Below are positions 8,430 to 16,223 of a DNA stretch of 40,632 bases, in pieces. The notes below the pieces were generated by a model. It ran no database searches and was not told the origin of the DNA. It was given only the letters and a program-made list of their open reading frames with translations. The DNA is taken from positions 1-40,632 of IMG/VR virus record IMGVR_UViG_3300022918_000007. One strand, given 5' to 3'. Numbering within the stretch: the first letter of the stretch is position 1; each line of letters starts with the position of its first letter. This DNA comes from a virus. The position numbers were made by a program, and so were the translations under genes.

Positions 8430-8677
8430 AACAACTTAAGTAATTGTAACATGGACCCGAGAAAGAATCCCAGTGTAAAAAAACCCAACATCAACCATGA
8501 CCATGAACGCCTGTTGATTTGATAGACTGCTTTTCTGAATTCCAGCTCGGCTTTTATCATTTCAAACTCTGCTTTTGTCTCAAGAATTTCCTGTATTAAG
8601 TCAAAAAGATCTGTTGAATGCTGTAGACGCTCTGCTGTCTGCGGCAGTGATTCATGTTTGTTACTAAATGATCTCAT
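8426..8677 (-). CDS. Small tail-anchored membrane protein
   Basis: 83 aa: an N-terminal helical region followed by the C-terminal hydrophobic segment SWSWLMLGFFTLGFFLGSMLQLL. Confidence 0.5.
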   Translation of the reverse strand: MRSFSNKHESLPQTAERLQHSTDLFDLIQEILETKAEFEMIKAELEFRKAVYQINRRSWSWLMLGFFTLGFFLGSMLQLLKLL

Positions 8678-9111
8678 CGCTGAAATGTTTTTTTAATTTT
8701 ATGCAGAAAAACCTGCGCTGAAAAGCATTTTCCGAGAACGATGTTCATTGTAGGAACGAGCTTACCGTTATGGAAAACGATACCAGGAATCGGAAGACTG
8801 GAGTCAGAGAAATACTTTTCTGAATCATACTCTTCAGATATGTTGTCCGGACCGGCCGCGGCGATCATTTCCGCATACTCATCCTGGGTAGCGTGAACGC
8901 AATATTCCCCTTCCCATAGTATCCTTACTGCTTCCAATTCTTCAGATGTGAGCAGATTTTTTTTGCGGCGACCATCTTCGGCTTTTGCCTGGCGGCGGCG
9001 TAGTTCTCCACCAAGTAGAAGATCCAATTCCTGCAGCTCAGTGTAACTACAGGATGACAGGAATTGCTCAACAGTAATAGTGAGCGTGTATTGTTTATTA
9101 AGAGTTGGCAT
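8674..9111 (-). CDS. Hypothetical protein
   Basis: 145-aa ORF with translationally coupled overlaps. Confidence 0.5.
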   Translation of the reverse strand: MPTLNKQYTLTITVEQFLSSCSYTELQELDLLLGGELRRRQAKAEDGRRKKNLLTSEELEAVRILWEGEYCVHATQDEYAEMIAAAGPDNISEEYDSEKYFSDSSLPIPGIVFHNGKLVPTMNIVLGKCFSAQVFLHKIKKTFQR

Positions 9112-9826
9112 GGCAGGTGTTTTTAGTTAACTGAAGGAAAACTTCAAAGCAACATTGACGGCTACTGGCTGAAATGGCGGACGGGTTTAAGATTAGTTTC
9201 CCTCCCCGGAACAGAATTCCAGTGCAGCCGATCATTTTAATTGGATATCCGTTTAGTCGAGAGTCATCAATTATTTGTTGATATTGTTCGACTGTCCCGC
9301 CAATGAAGTAATCACCATCACGGAGTTGTATGTTCCAACGCGCAATTCGTACAGCGATTAGCGGAAAAGAATAAACAGAGTAAGGCAAAACTTCCAGGAA
9401 GTCAGCCATTGTATCCCAGTAGTGGCCACAGGAGTTTGGAATATCACCGATTTCTTTGACAAGATCAGGATTGTTTTCCGGATCCATACGTAAGAATCCT
9501 GTCTGTAAAAACAAAGCGTCGCTTTCACTATAAGATAAACTCTCTGTTACTTCGTCCAAGATTGCAAAATCGATATTCAGACCACGCATGGATGAATTTC
9601 CTATAGCCAAAGTTTTCGTTTGTGTAGATTGATGTTCATGCTTAAAAAGCAAGTTCAGTTGTAAACAAAGCTCTTCCCCAAAGACCTTCCTCATGAAATC
9701 ATTATGTGCCATATCTAAAATCGCTCTCATAAAGGCGAGGATATCCTCATCGAATGTAAGCCTGGCCGCATGTCCAACAAGGCTATCTTCCTTGCGTAGC
9801 TCTTGCATTAATTCTTGATGGTTCAT
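9098..9826 (-). CDS. Hypothetical protein
   Basis: 242-aa ORF with no recognised motif. Confidence 0.55.
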   Translation of the reverse strand: MNHQELMQELRKEDSLVGHAARLTFDEDILAFMRAILDMAHNDFMRKVFGEELCLQLNLLFKHEHQSTQTKTLAIGNSSMRGLNIDFAILDEVTESLSYSESDALFLQTGFLRMDPENNPDLVKEIGDIPNSCGHYWDTMADFLEVLPYSVYSFPLIAVRIARWNIQLRDGDYFIGGTVEQYQQIIDDSRLNGYPIKMIGCTGILFRGGKLILNPSAISASSRQCCFEVFLQLTKNTCHANS

Positions 9827-9831
9827 ATCTA

Positions 9832-10056
9832 TTACATTAAGTCAATAGCTGATTCCAGATCAGAGAGCGCCGATTCGAAGCCCTCAACTACTCCCTGTAG
9901 TGTATCAGTGATTTCCTGGTAGGCTTCACCTTTTTCCGATTCCTGCCATTTTTCGGATCGGTCATCGTAGTAAGATTCACGGTCTTCAATAATCTGTTCG
10001 AACTCAGCCTTCAATGCTGAGGCCTTCTCTTCTAATTTTTGTACTGTCTTTTTCAT
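9832..10056 (-). CDS. Small, highly acidic helical protein
   Basis: 74 aa, very rich in Glu/Asp (EEKASALKAEFEQIIEDRESYYDDRSEKWQESEKGE...). It is the second gene of the operon. Confidence 0.55.
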   Translation of the reverse strand: MKKTVQKLEEKASALKAEFEQIIEDRESYYDDRSEKWQESEKGEAYQEITDTLQGVVEGFESALSDLESAIDLM

Positions 10057-10093
10057 CTGCTTTTTTTATATTGATTATTAAATAGGCACCGGA

Positions 10094-10585
10094 TTAACGG
10101 TGCTGGAGTTGCTTTTTTTTCAATTCAATGGACCGCTGCTGCCGACTGACCTCGAGCTGAACAGACACGGAATTGCGTTCGGTTACTTTATCCAGGAAAT
10201 CTGGGTGAGTGGTGTTATTTAATATCCAGTCAGTCAGCGTTGCATGCTTCGAAAGCAGGTCGTTGTAGATGCGCTCAGGGCTTGTGCCTGAGGAAAGTGT
10301 CCTTCCCTTTAATCGGTTCACCTGTAGAATGTTTCTAGCTATAGCTGCGGCCTCTAAGTCGAAGTTTTTAATGAGCGTGAACCCTGAATGCTGATTGCCG
10401 GAAGATAATGGCGCACCGTAGTCCAGCCTTAATGAGACAAGATCGCCGGCCAGCGTGTGGACCGAATAAGATTTTCCGGGAATAGCTTCCCGAACTTTAG
10501 TATGCAAGTTGTTTCTGGACAGTGCTCCAGGGAACTGTTGAATTGCTTCAACAATAACTTTTAAACGATCGTATCTGTTACTCAT
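10094..10585 (-). CDS. Putative winged-helix (HTH_11/YafY-like) DNA-binding regulator, first gene of the accessory block
   Basis: Start moved to the internal ATG at 10585 (MSNRYDRLKVIVEAIQQ...), because the listed N-terminus MFLFCFFFVSF is a translation of the A-tract promoter repeats. The pattern RxDRLxxIxxxI...SxxTLxxDLxxLRxxxGAPL resembles HTH_11 regulators. Confidence 0.45.
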   Translation of the reverse strand: MSNRYDRLKVIVEAIQQFPGALSRNNLHTKVREAIPGKSYSVHTLAGDLVSLRLDYGAPLSSGNQHSGFTLIKNFDLEAAAIARNILQVNRLKGRTLSSGTSPERIYNDLLSKHATLTDWILNNTTHPDFLDKVTERNSVSVQLEVSRQQRSIELKKKQLQHR

Positions 10586-10600
10586 TGGAAATGTTTTGCC

Positions 10601-10656
10601 CAAAAGTAGAATAAAAGAAACAAAAAAGAAACAAAAAAGAAACAAAAAGGAAACAC
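10601..10656 (-). promoter_or_regulatory. Promoter with a TACTTTTG -7 box (10601-10608) and four GAAAC units phased at 11 bp
   Basis: The minus strand reads GTGTTTCCTTTTTGTTTCTTTTTTGTTTCTTTTTTGTTTCTTTTATTCTACTTTTG, then 15 nt, then ATG. It matches the Bacteroidota TAnnTTTG consensus and is near-identical to 37126-37180. Confidence 0.65.
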
Positions 10657-10827
10657 TTTTGGTAATTTGATGGAAATTCTCAAAATGAAAAGGCTTTATA
10701 ATTGTGTTACAACCCTTTAAATCCGGTGGATTCGATAAAAAATATCAAAATCAAAGAGTAACGCGCGTCTATGGGTGTGACGATTTGTTTAAACAATTGG
10801 TACAGTTTTCAGGATATGTGTGGGGGG

Positions 10828-12354
10828 TCAATCGAGCAGTCGCGTCTCGATTGCCGCGTTGCTGCTGGTCATCAGGCGAACGAACATACCAACAACGATC
10901 ACGTCGAACGTGTCGCTGAAGTGGGTGGCGTGCTCCTGGGGAATGACCTTGCTCTTTTCAGAACGCTTGTCTTTCTGGATCTTGGATTTGGTTCCGGCTT
11001 TTGCTGGAGCTGATACGATCGAGATGATGAGCTCACGGCAATTGGTTCGGTTCATCCGGATGCGCGGATACTTTGGGTTGTTCTCCTGGAGGATCTCTGC
11101 CATCAGTCGGTACTTTACATCGTGCTTCTCATTGTAGTTTGACCTGGTCATTGGCCTGACAGTCCACCCCAGCGATCGGAGGATAGCCATCACCTGCTCG
11201 GCATAGGTCTTGCGGCTGTTCGCCTGTGACACGTTCCCGGACGCGTCGTACCAGAAGTAGATCACCTTGTTCTTCCTGGTCTTGTAGTAGGGGTGGAACT
11301 GGTGTTCGATCAGGTCATCGATGATCTGCGGTGAGGTAACAAAGAAGTTCTTCAGTACCCTGAGCTCATCCGGATATTGTTGCGCGGCTACCAGGCAGTT
11401 GATGTTCGCACCCCAGTCAATGCCAATGATCAGCGGCATTACCTCGTTGTGATCAGCATCACCCTGACAGTTGGCGGTTGCACCTTCGGCCAGGTCACGG
11501 TAGTAGTCGTTATTGAAGGAGTCGTAGCAATGGAGCTTCTCGTTGAACTTAGGATAGAAGCCATCCTTTATCCTGGTGATCCGTTTGTTCAGGACTTCAG
11601 CATCATAGAGAAAGGAAGCCATTGTTGCCTTAGCATTCTTGAAGAAGTCGCTGCCCAGGTTAGCCAGATTCGCTGTTGCTGCAGCGGAAATGAACTTCAC
11701 CTTGGCTGGATTTTTCCGCGCTTCAGCTTCATACTTCAGTACCCACTGGCCGGCAGGCGTAAGCGGTGTACTTGTAGCCAGGAGGAGGGAATGGTGGCGG
11801 TCGCAGTCCTTATAGTACTTCCAGGTGCCGTCTGGGTCGATAGCTTTCTGGTGCAGGTTTCCCCTGATGGTAAGCAGTACATCTGTATTGAACTTCGCCT
11901 CATCGAACAGAGCCGCCTCGTCACCAATCGCCCAATCGATGTTAAGTCCACGCCCGGAGGAGGCGCCGCCGTCCAGGGAAATGAACACGGTAACCGCGCC
12001 GTTCCACCAGAAGATACAGTGGGTAGGATCCAGGATAGCCTGGTAGGCTTCCGGCCAGTCCCATTCTTTAGGTGGGCGCCGGCCAATGAAGTAGTGTTTA
12101 TCTTTGTAGATGCCGTGCTGCTCGAGGCCCTGAATGGTAGAAGGTAGGGTCCTGGTTTTGATCTGAGCATAGGTAGCGCCAACGATCGCACCTGTTGATC
12201 GGGGCATCTCAACCACACAATCGTACAAGTGCCGGCCGATAATTGTGGACTTGCCTGTTCCGCGGCCCCACTCGAGCACCCAGATCTTCGCTTTCGAGAA
12301 GATAAACATCAGCTGAGCGATGTTGTATAGCAAATCCTTGATTACAACATTCAT
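10828..12354 (-). CDS. terL: Terminase large subunit
   Basis: Walker A LEWGRGTGKST and Walker B NIDWAIGDEAALF, with a nuclease-type C-terminal half. Start set to the ATG at 12354, 1 nt after the upstream stop. Confidence 0.85.
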   Translation of the reverse strand: MNVVIKDLLYNIAQLMFIFSKAKIWVLEWGRGTGKSTIIGRHLYDCVVEMPRSTGAIVGATYAQIKTRTLPSTIQGLEQHGIYKDKHYFIGRRPPKEWDWPEAYQAILDPTHCIFWWNGAVTVFISLDGGASSGRGLNIDWAIGDEAALFDEAKFNTDVLLTIRGNLHQKAIDPDGTWKYYKDCDRHHSLLLATSTPLTPAGQWVLKYEAEARKNPAKVKFISAAATANLANLGSDFFKNAKATMASFLYDAEVLNKRITRIKDGFYPKFNEKLHCYDSFNNDYYRDLAEGATANCQGDADHNEVMPLIIGIDWGANINCLVAAQQYPDELRVLKNFFVTSPQIIDDLIEHQFHPYYKTRKNKVIYFWYDASGNVSQANSRKTYAEQVMAILRSLGWTVRPMTRSNYNEKHDVKYRLMAEILQENNPKYPRIRMNRTNCRELIISIVSAPAKAGTKSKIQKDKRSEKSKVIPQEHATHFSDTFDVIVVGMFVRLMTSSNAAIETRLLD

Positions 12355-12355
12355 A

Positions 12356-12934
12356 TCAGATCTCCTCGAAGTCGATATCGGTAACATCATTCAGATCGAT
12401 CACGCCGGCAGCTGTGATCTTCTCAAGCATCTTAATGTGCTCCGGAGATAGCCCAACATTAAACGTTTGCGGTATGAGCTTGGAAAAATCAGGAAGGTTT
12501 GGGTCGTCCAGCTTCAGACCTGAAGCTTCAATGATGCGTTTCTCTGCAGAGTCTTTTACTCCCATGATCGCTACCCACATCTTATCGGATGCGGTCCTTG
12601 CTCGCTTGGAGCATTCCTTAATGTCATTGATGGCCGATTCGATGATGGTCATCCGGAGGAATTCCTTGTTGAACTTCCGTATAGGCGCGAACAGTTTTTC
12701 CGCTTCCGACAGATCACGGTATGCCTGGGCAACCGAAATGCCTTTTCCCTTCGCTTCCTGGAGAGCAATGAATTTTGAAATGGCTGCTTTTTTCGATCGA
12801 GTCTGGCAAAATATGGAAAACACGAGCTCGAGCCGGTTGCAGATCTCCAGATCCTTTTCACTAAGCTCGCCGTTCTCCAGGTAGTATTTCTCCAGGCGAT
12901 CGAACGTTGTATCTTTTGGTACCAGGTTATTCAT
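12356..12934 (-). CDS. Candidate terminase small subunit (by position only)
   Basis: 192-aa ORF abutting the terL start. No diagnostic motif. Confidence 0.35.
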   Translation of the reverse strand: MNNLVPKDTTFDRLEKYYLENGELSEKDLEICNRLELVFSIFCQTRSKKAAISKFIALQEAKGKGISVAQAYRDLSEAEKLFAPIRKFNKEFLRMTIIESAINDIKECSKRARTASDKMWVAIMGVKDSAEKRIIEASGLKLDDPNLPDFSKLIPQTFNVGLSPEHIKMLEKITAAGVIDLNDVTDIDFEEI

Positions 12935-13637
12935 GCGATTTCAGTTTCAGTTCGTACTTCAGGATCTTCGCCTCCAGCTTTCTTTTCTTCTCAGGATCCG
13001 TTTCCCTGGATAATTGCAATCGGTAGCGGTTGATATAGGATTTGCAGTTAGCGATCGCTTTGAATTGCTCGGCTGTCATAGTCTCCTTCAGGAAGCGCTC
13101 AGGGAGATTACCCTTGTCGAATGCTGCGAGCTCATTGTTGAGCCGATCGATCCGCGGCTGCAGCTCCATGAGTTGTGCGGCAATCTCATACCTGACTGTA
13201 ATAGTAACTGCCTGGTGTAGGCGGCCATGAAGGTGACCACGTAAGCTATAAGCTTCGACCCGGGCGTCGAGGATCTGCTGACGAATCCCAGATGCTTCGG
13301 CAACCTTTACCGCTTCCCGGAAGACAACAACTTCCTTAACTTTTAGTGGTGGCTCAGGAGCTGGTACCGGCTTTGGTGTAGGCACCGGTTCCGGGATTAT
13401 CTCCGGAGACACAAACGCCGGCTGAACTTTCCTTTTGGCGGCAACAGACTTCCAATAGCCAGGTTGCGCCTGCAGGTATTTCTTCAGCTGATAGTTGAGA
13501 GTAGACCGGTTAGTCCGGGAGTCGGATTTGAGCAGGTTCAGGGCCAGCGCCTTGTTCGGGCTAATCGATAAAAAAAGGGAACACCCAACTTCATAGCTGA
13601 GTGTTCCCTTTAAATAGTCCTGGATCTGTTCAATCAC
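12927..13637 (-). CDS. Hypothetical protein with a Pro-rich linker and a coiled-coil C-terminus
   Basis: 236 aa, including PEIIPEPVPTPKPVPAPEPP. Confidence 0.55.
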   Translation of the reverse strand: MIEQIQDYLKGTLSYEVGCSLFLSISPNKALALNLLKSDSRTNRSTLNYQLKKYLQAQPGYWKSVAAKRKVQPAFVSPEIIPEPVPTPKPVPAPEPPLKVKEVVVFREAVKVAEASGIRQQILDARVEAYSLRGHLHGRLHQAVTITVRYEIAAQLMELQPRIDRLNNELAAFDKGNLPERFLKETMTAEQFKAIANCKSYINRYRLQLSRETDPEKKRKLEAKILKYELKLKSHE

Positions 13638-13915
13638 TTTGTTTCAGTAGCTGGCGTTTTCTCTGCAGGGATCTTCGCCGCTGCGGGTTTCTCTGCCTTT
13701 GGCTCGATGAGCTTCAGGTAAGGGAATTTCTGACTGACCAGCTGAGCTGCTCGAGCAGGTGAAAGTGTTGAAAAATCGATCTCTCCGTGCTTGGCTGTCA
13801 TCAGCCTGGTAGAGGTGCGGTTCGACAGGCCTACTACTTCGTAGATCTTCGCAGTGTCGGCTGGTAGAATCGAATTGAATTCGGCCGACGTCAAATGTGA
13901 GTTTTTCTTTTCCAT
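13634..13915 (-). CDS. Hypothetical protein
   Basis: 93-aa ORF with a 4-nt overlap onto the next gene. Confidence 0.5.
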   Translation of the reverse strand: MEKKNSHLTSAEFNSILPADTAKIYEVVGLSNRTSTRLMTAKHGEIDFSTLSPARAAQLVSQKFPYLKLIEPKAEKPAAAKIPAEKTPATETK

Positions 13916-13917
13916 GA

Positions 13918-14451
13918 TTATGCTGTTAAATCAATTAGTCCCTGGTAGTGGTAAGCCACATTCCCTGGCGAAGCTTTCAGCTGGAAGGTCCAGTCGCGTG
14001 CCGACTCGTTGTTCGTTCCGCTGATAGATTCAGCCGTTTCGAAATAAGCTGGAGAACCAAGCGTTCCCATAACTCTCAAAGCGCCGCTTTTCTCCTTGAA
14101 CAAAGCAATCACGCAAGCGTTGCGGTTCTTGTTGAAGAACTCGTCGTGGATAACATCATTGTTAACCGTCTTGCCATCCATCGTCTGAACGTAAGATTTA
14201 GAGCTTCTTACACCAACCAGCGTGTTTTTAATTTCGCCCGTGTCCGAGATGATTTTGAACTTGATGAATTTCTTTCCTGCCTTTAGGACAATGTCCCCGT
14301 CCAGGATCATGCTATCACCTGGAGCAGTCGTTGCCAGCACATCTGGATAAACATCCACATCGCAGGAGCAGACCAGGTAAAGCGTTTCTTCAATTCCCGG
14401 AGTGTTTTCGTCTTCACAATCGTGAAGGACATCAGCATTTAAAAATGACAT
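13918..14451 (-). CDS. Hypothetical virion protein (possible tail tube or head-associated protein)
   Basis: 177 aa with beta-rich composition, located in the head-proximal structural cluster. Confidence 0.4.
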   Translation of the reverse strand: MSFLNADVLHDCEDENTPGIEETLYLVCSCDVDVYPDVLATTAPGDSMILDGDIVLKAGKKFIKFKIISDTGEIKNTLVGVRSSKSYVQTMDGKTVNNDVIHDEFFNKNRNACVIALFKEKSGALRVMGTLGSPAYFETAESISGTNNESARDWTFQLKASPGNVAYHYQGLIDLTA

Positions 14452-14469
14452 AATACTTGTTTTTAGAGA

Positions 14470-15015
14470 TTAATCTTCCGGAACGATTTCGATGCAGCCG
14501 GCTTCCATATCGATGAGTTCTTCCATGAGCTCGTCGTCCTGGATGACTTCCTCGGACAGCATAACCTCACCTCTGAAGTTGATCTTAAGGTGGCCGGTCT
14601 TGAAACGGTAGGTGTTTCCATTGTCCGCTTCGTAAGTACCTGGTACTTCTTTCGTAAGAACACCCTGGGCACGTTTGAGATCAGAGATCTCTGTATCTCT
14701 CGCAGCGATCAGCTCAGCATGATCGCTAAATGCCTGTTCCAATACCGCAACTTCCCCCTCGAGCTCGAGGATCCGGGCAAGATCCGCAGAGGATTGAGTT
14801 GCAGTATTGGAAGCCTGGGAAGTAGCCAGGATTAGCTTGTTTTTCTGGTCCAGCGTATCACGCAGAACCTGTTTTGTCTCGTCGTCAGCTTCAAGCTCGT
14901 CGATTAACTTGATGACCTGAGCATCTGCATCTACAGGAGTAGCTGCCGGAGCAGCTGGATTTACTGGCGGTTGCGCTGCACCAGCGTCAACGGCCGTTCT
15001 ATTCGTTTTTGGCAT
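14470..15015 (-). CDS. Hypothetical coiled-coil/acidic protein downstream of the capsid candidate
   Basis: 181 aa with an Ala/Pro-rich N-terminus and a central coiled coil. Confidence 0.5.
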   Translation of the reverse strand: MPKTNRTAVDAGAAQPPVNPAAPAATPVDADAQVIKLIDELEADDETKQVLRDTLDQKNKLILATSQASNTATQSSADLARILELEGEVAVLEQAFSDHAELIAARDTEISDLKRAQGVLTKEVPGTYEADNGNTYRFKTGHLKINFRGEVMLSEEVIQDDELMEELIDMEAGCIEIVPED

Positions 15016-15052
15016 AATTGGTCTTGTTAAATGAAAAAATCAGAGGGGGATC

Positions 15053-15075
15053 AAAAGGGGGAGAAGATCTCCCCC
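15053..15075 (-). terminator. Intrinsic terminator after the capsid candidate
   Basis: The minus strand reads GGGGGAGA-UCU-UCUCCCCC followed by UUUUG. Perfect 8-bp stem at 15057-15075. Confidence 0.7.
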
Positions 15076-15081
15076 AGTTAA

Positions 15082-16185
15082 TTATGGCTGGTCGTTAACG
15101 TAAAGGCGCTGAAGCGTCCCGAAGCCGTATCCCCGCCAGAAGTCAGATAAGAGACTGACAACACGTAGATTCTGCTGAACAGAGATCTGGTTGGGAACAG
15201 CGATCTTATCGTAGAGTAAAAGCAGGTTTTCTTTCGGGGTGAAGAGCATGCGCTGGCTGGATCCGAAAGCGGCAACTCCCTGAACGTTGATTTCGAAATC
15301 GTCCATTTTAAGGTTGCCTTTTGAATCTTTTGAATTCGTGGATCCGAACAATGTACGGTAGTTCCGCATGTACTTTTTAGCATTTCCTTTGCTCATGAAG
15401 ACAGTACCGCCTTTCAGCGTTTCCAGCTCAGGGATTGTATCCAGGAACAATTCTGTTTTATCTACCGCATTGGAAGTGGTGATCGCGCCGGTTACGATCG
15501 GCACCAGGTTACCTGCTGTGATCTCCCGGGTAATGATACTAAGGTGACCATCGGCGGAAGTCATAAATCCGCCCGCGGTTCCAGGCGTTGGAGCTGCATA
15601 TACCCCGCGAGCGGAGATGATGTTCAGTTCTTCCATAACTTTAGGGATAATCGACTCGTCGATGATCCACCTCACGAATGGCCAGTCCTTACGTTCTTTT
15701 GTTTCGTCTGACATGAATTCAACCCATCCATCGTAAAGGTTATTCATATCACCGAGCGCGTAATCGATCTTCATGTGAAATGACTCACTGATGTACGGAT
15801 GCCAGGTTGCGGTACCTTTAGGAGTCCAGGCACTTTGGTAGGGCTGGGTAACTTCGGACTGTGTACTGTTTAAATAGGCACTTTTGCCTTTCCAGTTTGG
15901 CACCTTGGTCATGAACTGTTCCCATTCAAGCCCCTGCTTGAGAGTGGTCCAAATTTTTGTTTTATTCAGAAACACATACTGACCGAGCTGAGTAGCGATC
16001 GCACTTACGTCGACACCATCAGCTGCAGCGTGTTTAGGAAGTGATGCGAAGAACGCACCGGCAACAAATATATAGCCGACTACTTCCGGTTGCGGAATAC
16101 CTCCGGCCAGCCCGATTACGGAACCGAAAGTGTAAGCGAGGGACAGCTTAAGTACCAGGAGAAAAGTTAAAAGAATTGGTTTCAT
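15082..16185 (-). CDS. Major capsid protein candidate
   Basis: 367 aa, directly downstream of the prohead protease and followed by a strong terminator. The N-terminal ~50 aa are unusually hydrophobic. Confidence 0.5.
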   Translation of the reverse strand: MKPILLTFLLVLKLSLAYTFGSVIGLAGGIPQPEVVGYIFVAGAFFASLPKHAAADGVDVSAIATQLGQYVFLNKTKIWTTLKQGLEWEQFMTKVPNWKGKSAYLNSTQSEVTQPYQSAWTPKGTATWHPYISESFHMKIDYALGDMNNLYDGWVEFMSDETKERKDWPFVRWIIDESIIPKVMEELNIISARGVYAAPTPGTAGGFMTSADGHLSIITREITAGNLVPIVTGAITTSNAVDKTELFLDTIPELETLKGGTVFMSKGNAKKYMRNYRTLFGSTNSKDSKGNLKMDDFEINVQGVAAFGSSQRMLFTPKENLLLLYDKIAVPNQISVQQNLRVVSLLSDFWRGYGFGTLQRLYVNDQP

Positions 16186-16223
16186 TATTTTGAATGATTA
16201 AATGAGTAATTAAGGGGAAGGCC

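Noticed and set aside
10586-10645. N-terminal extension MFLFCFFFVSFILLLGKTFP of listed ORF 10094..10645.
   Set aside because: It is a literal translation of the phased GAAAC/A-tract promoter repeats and contains the -7 box. The internal ATG at 10585 is the plausible start.
10785-10796. Perfect 12-bp palindrome TTGTTTAAACAA downstream of terL. Similar short palindromes occur at 27865-27878 (CTTTGCaaGCAAAG) and 10086-10103 (GCACCG-gattaa-CGGTGC).
   Set aside because: These are single short palindromes in AT-rich intergenic DNA, with no second copy or associated U-tract. They may be operators, but they are not distinguishable from chance by eye.
11377-12147. Long plus-strand ORFs lying antisense inside minus-strand genes (for example 11377..12147, 29806..30480, 490..846, 1236..1652, 16252..16620, 33914..34366).
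   Set aside because: They sit wholly within better-supported genes on the opposite strand (terminase, tape measure, portal and others). Their products have low-complexity or odd composition, and they lack promoter boxes. They are shadow ORFs.
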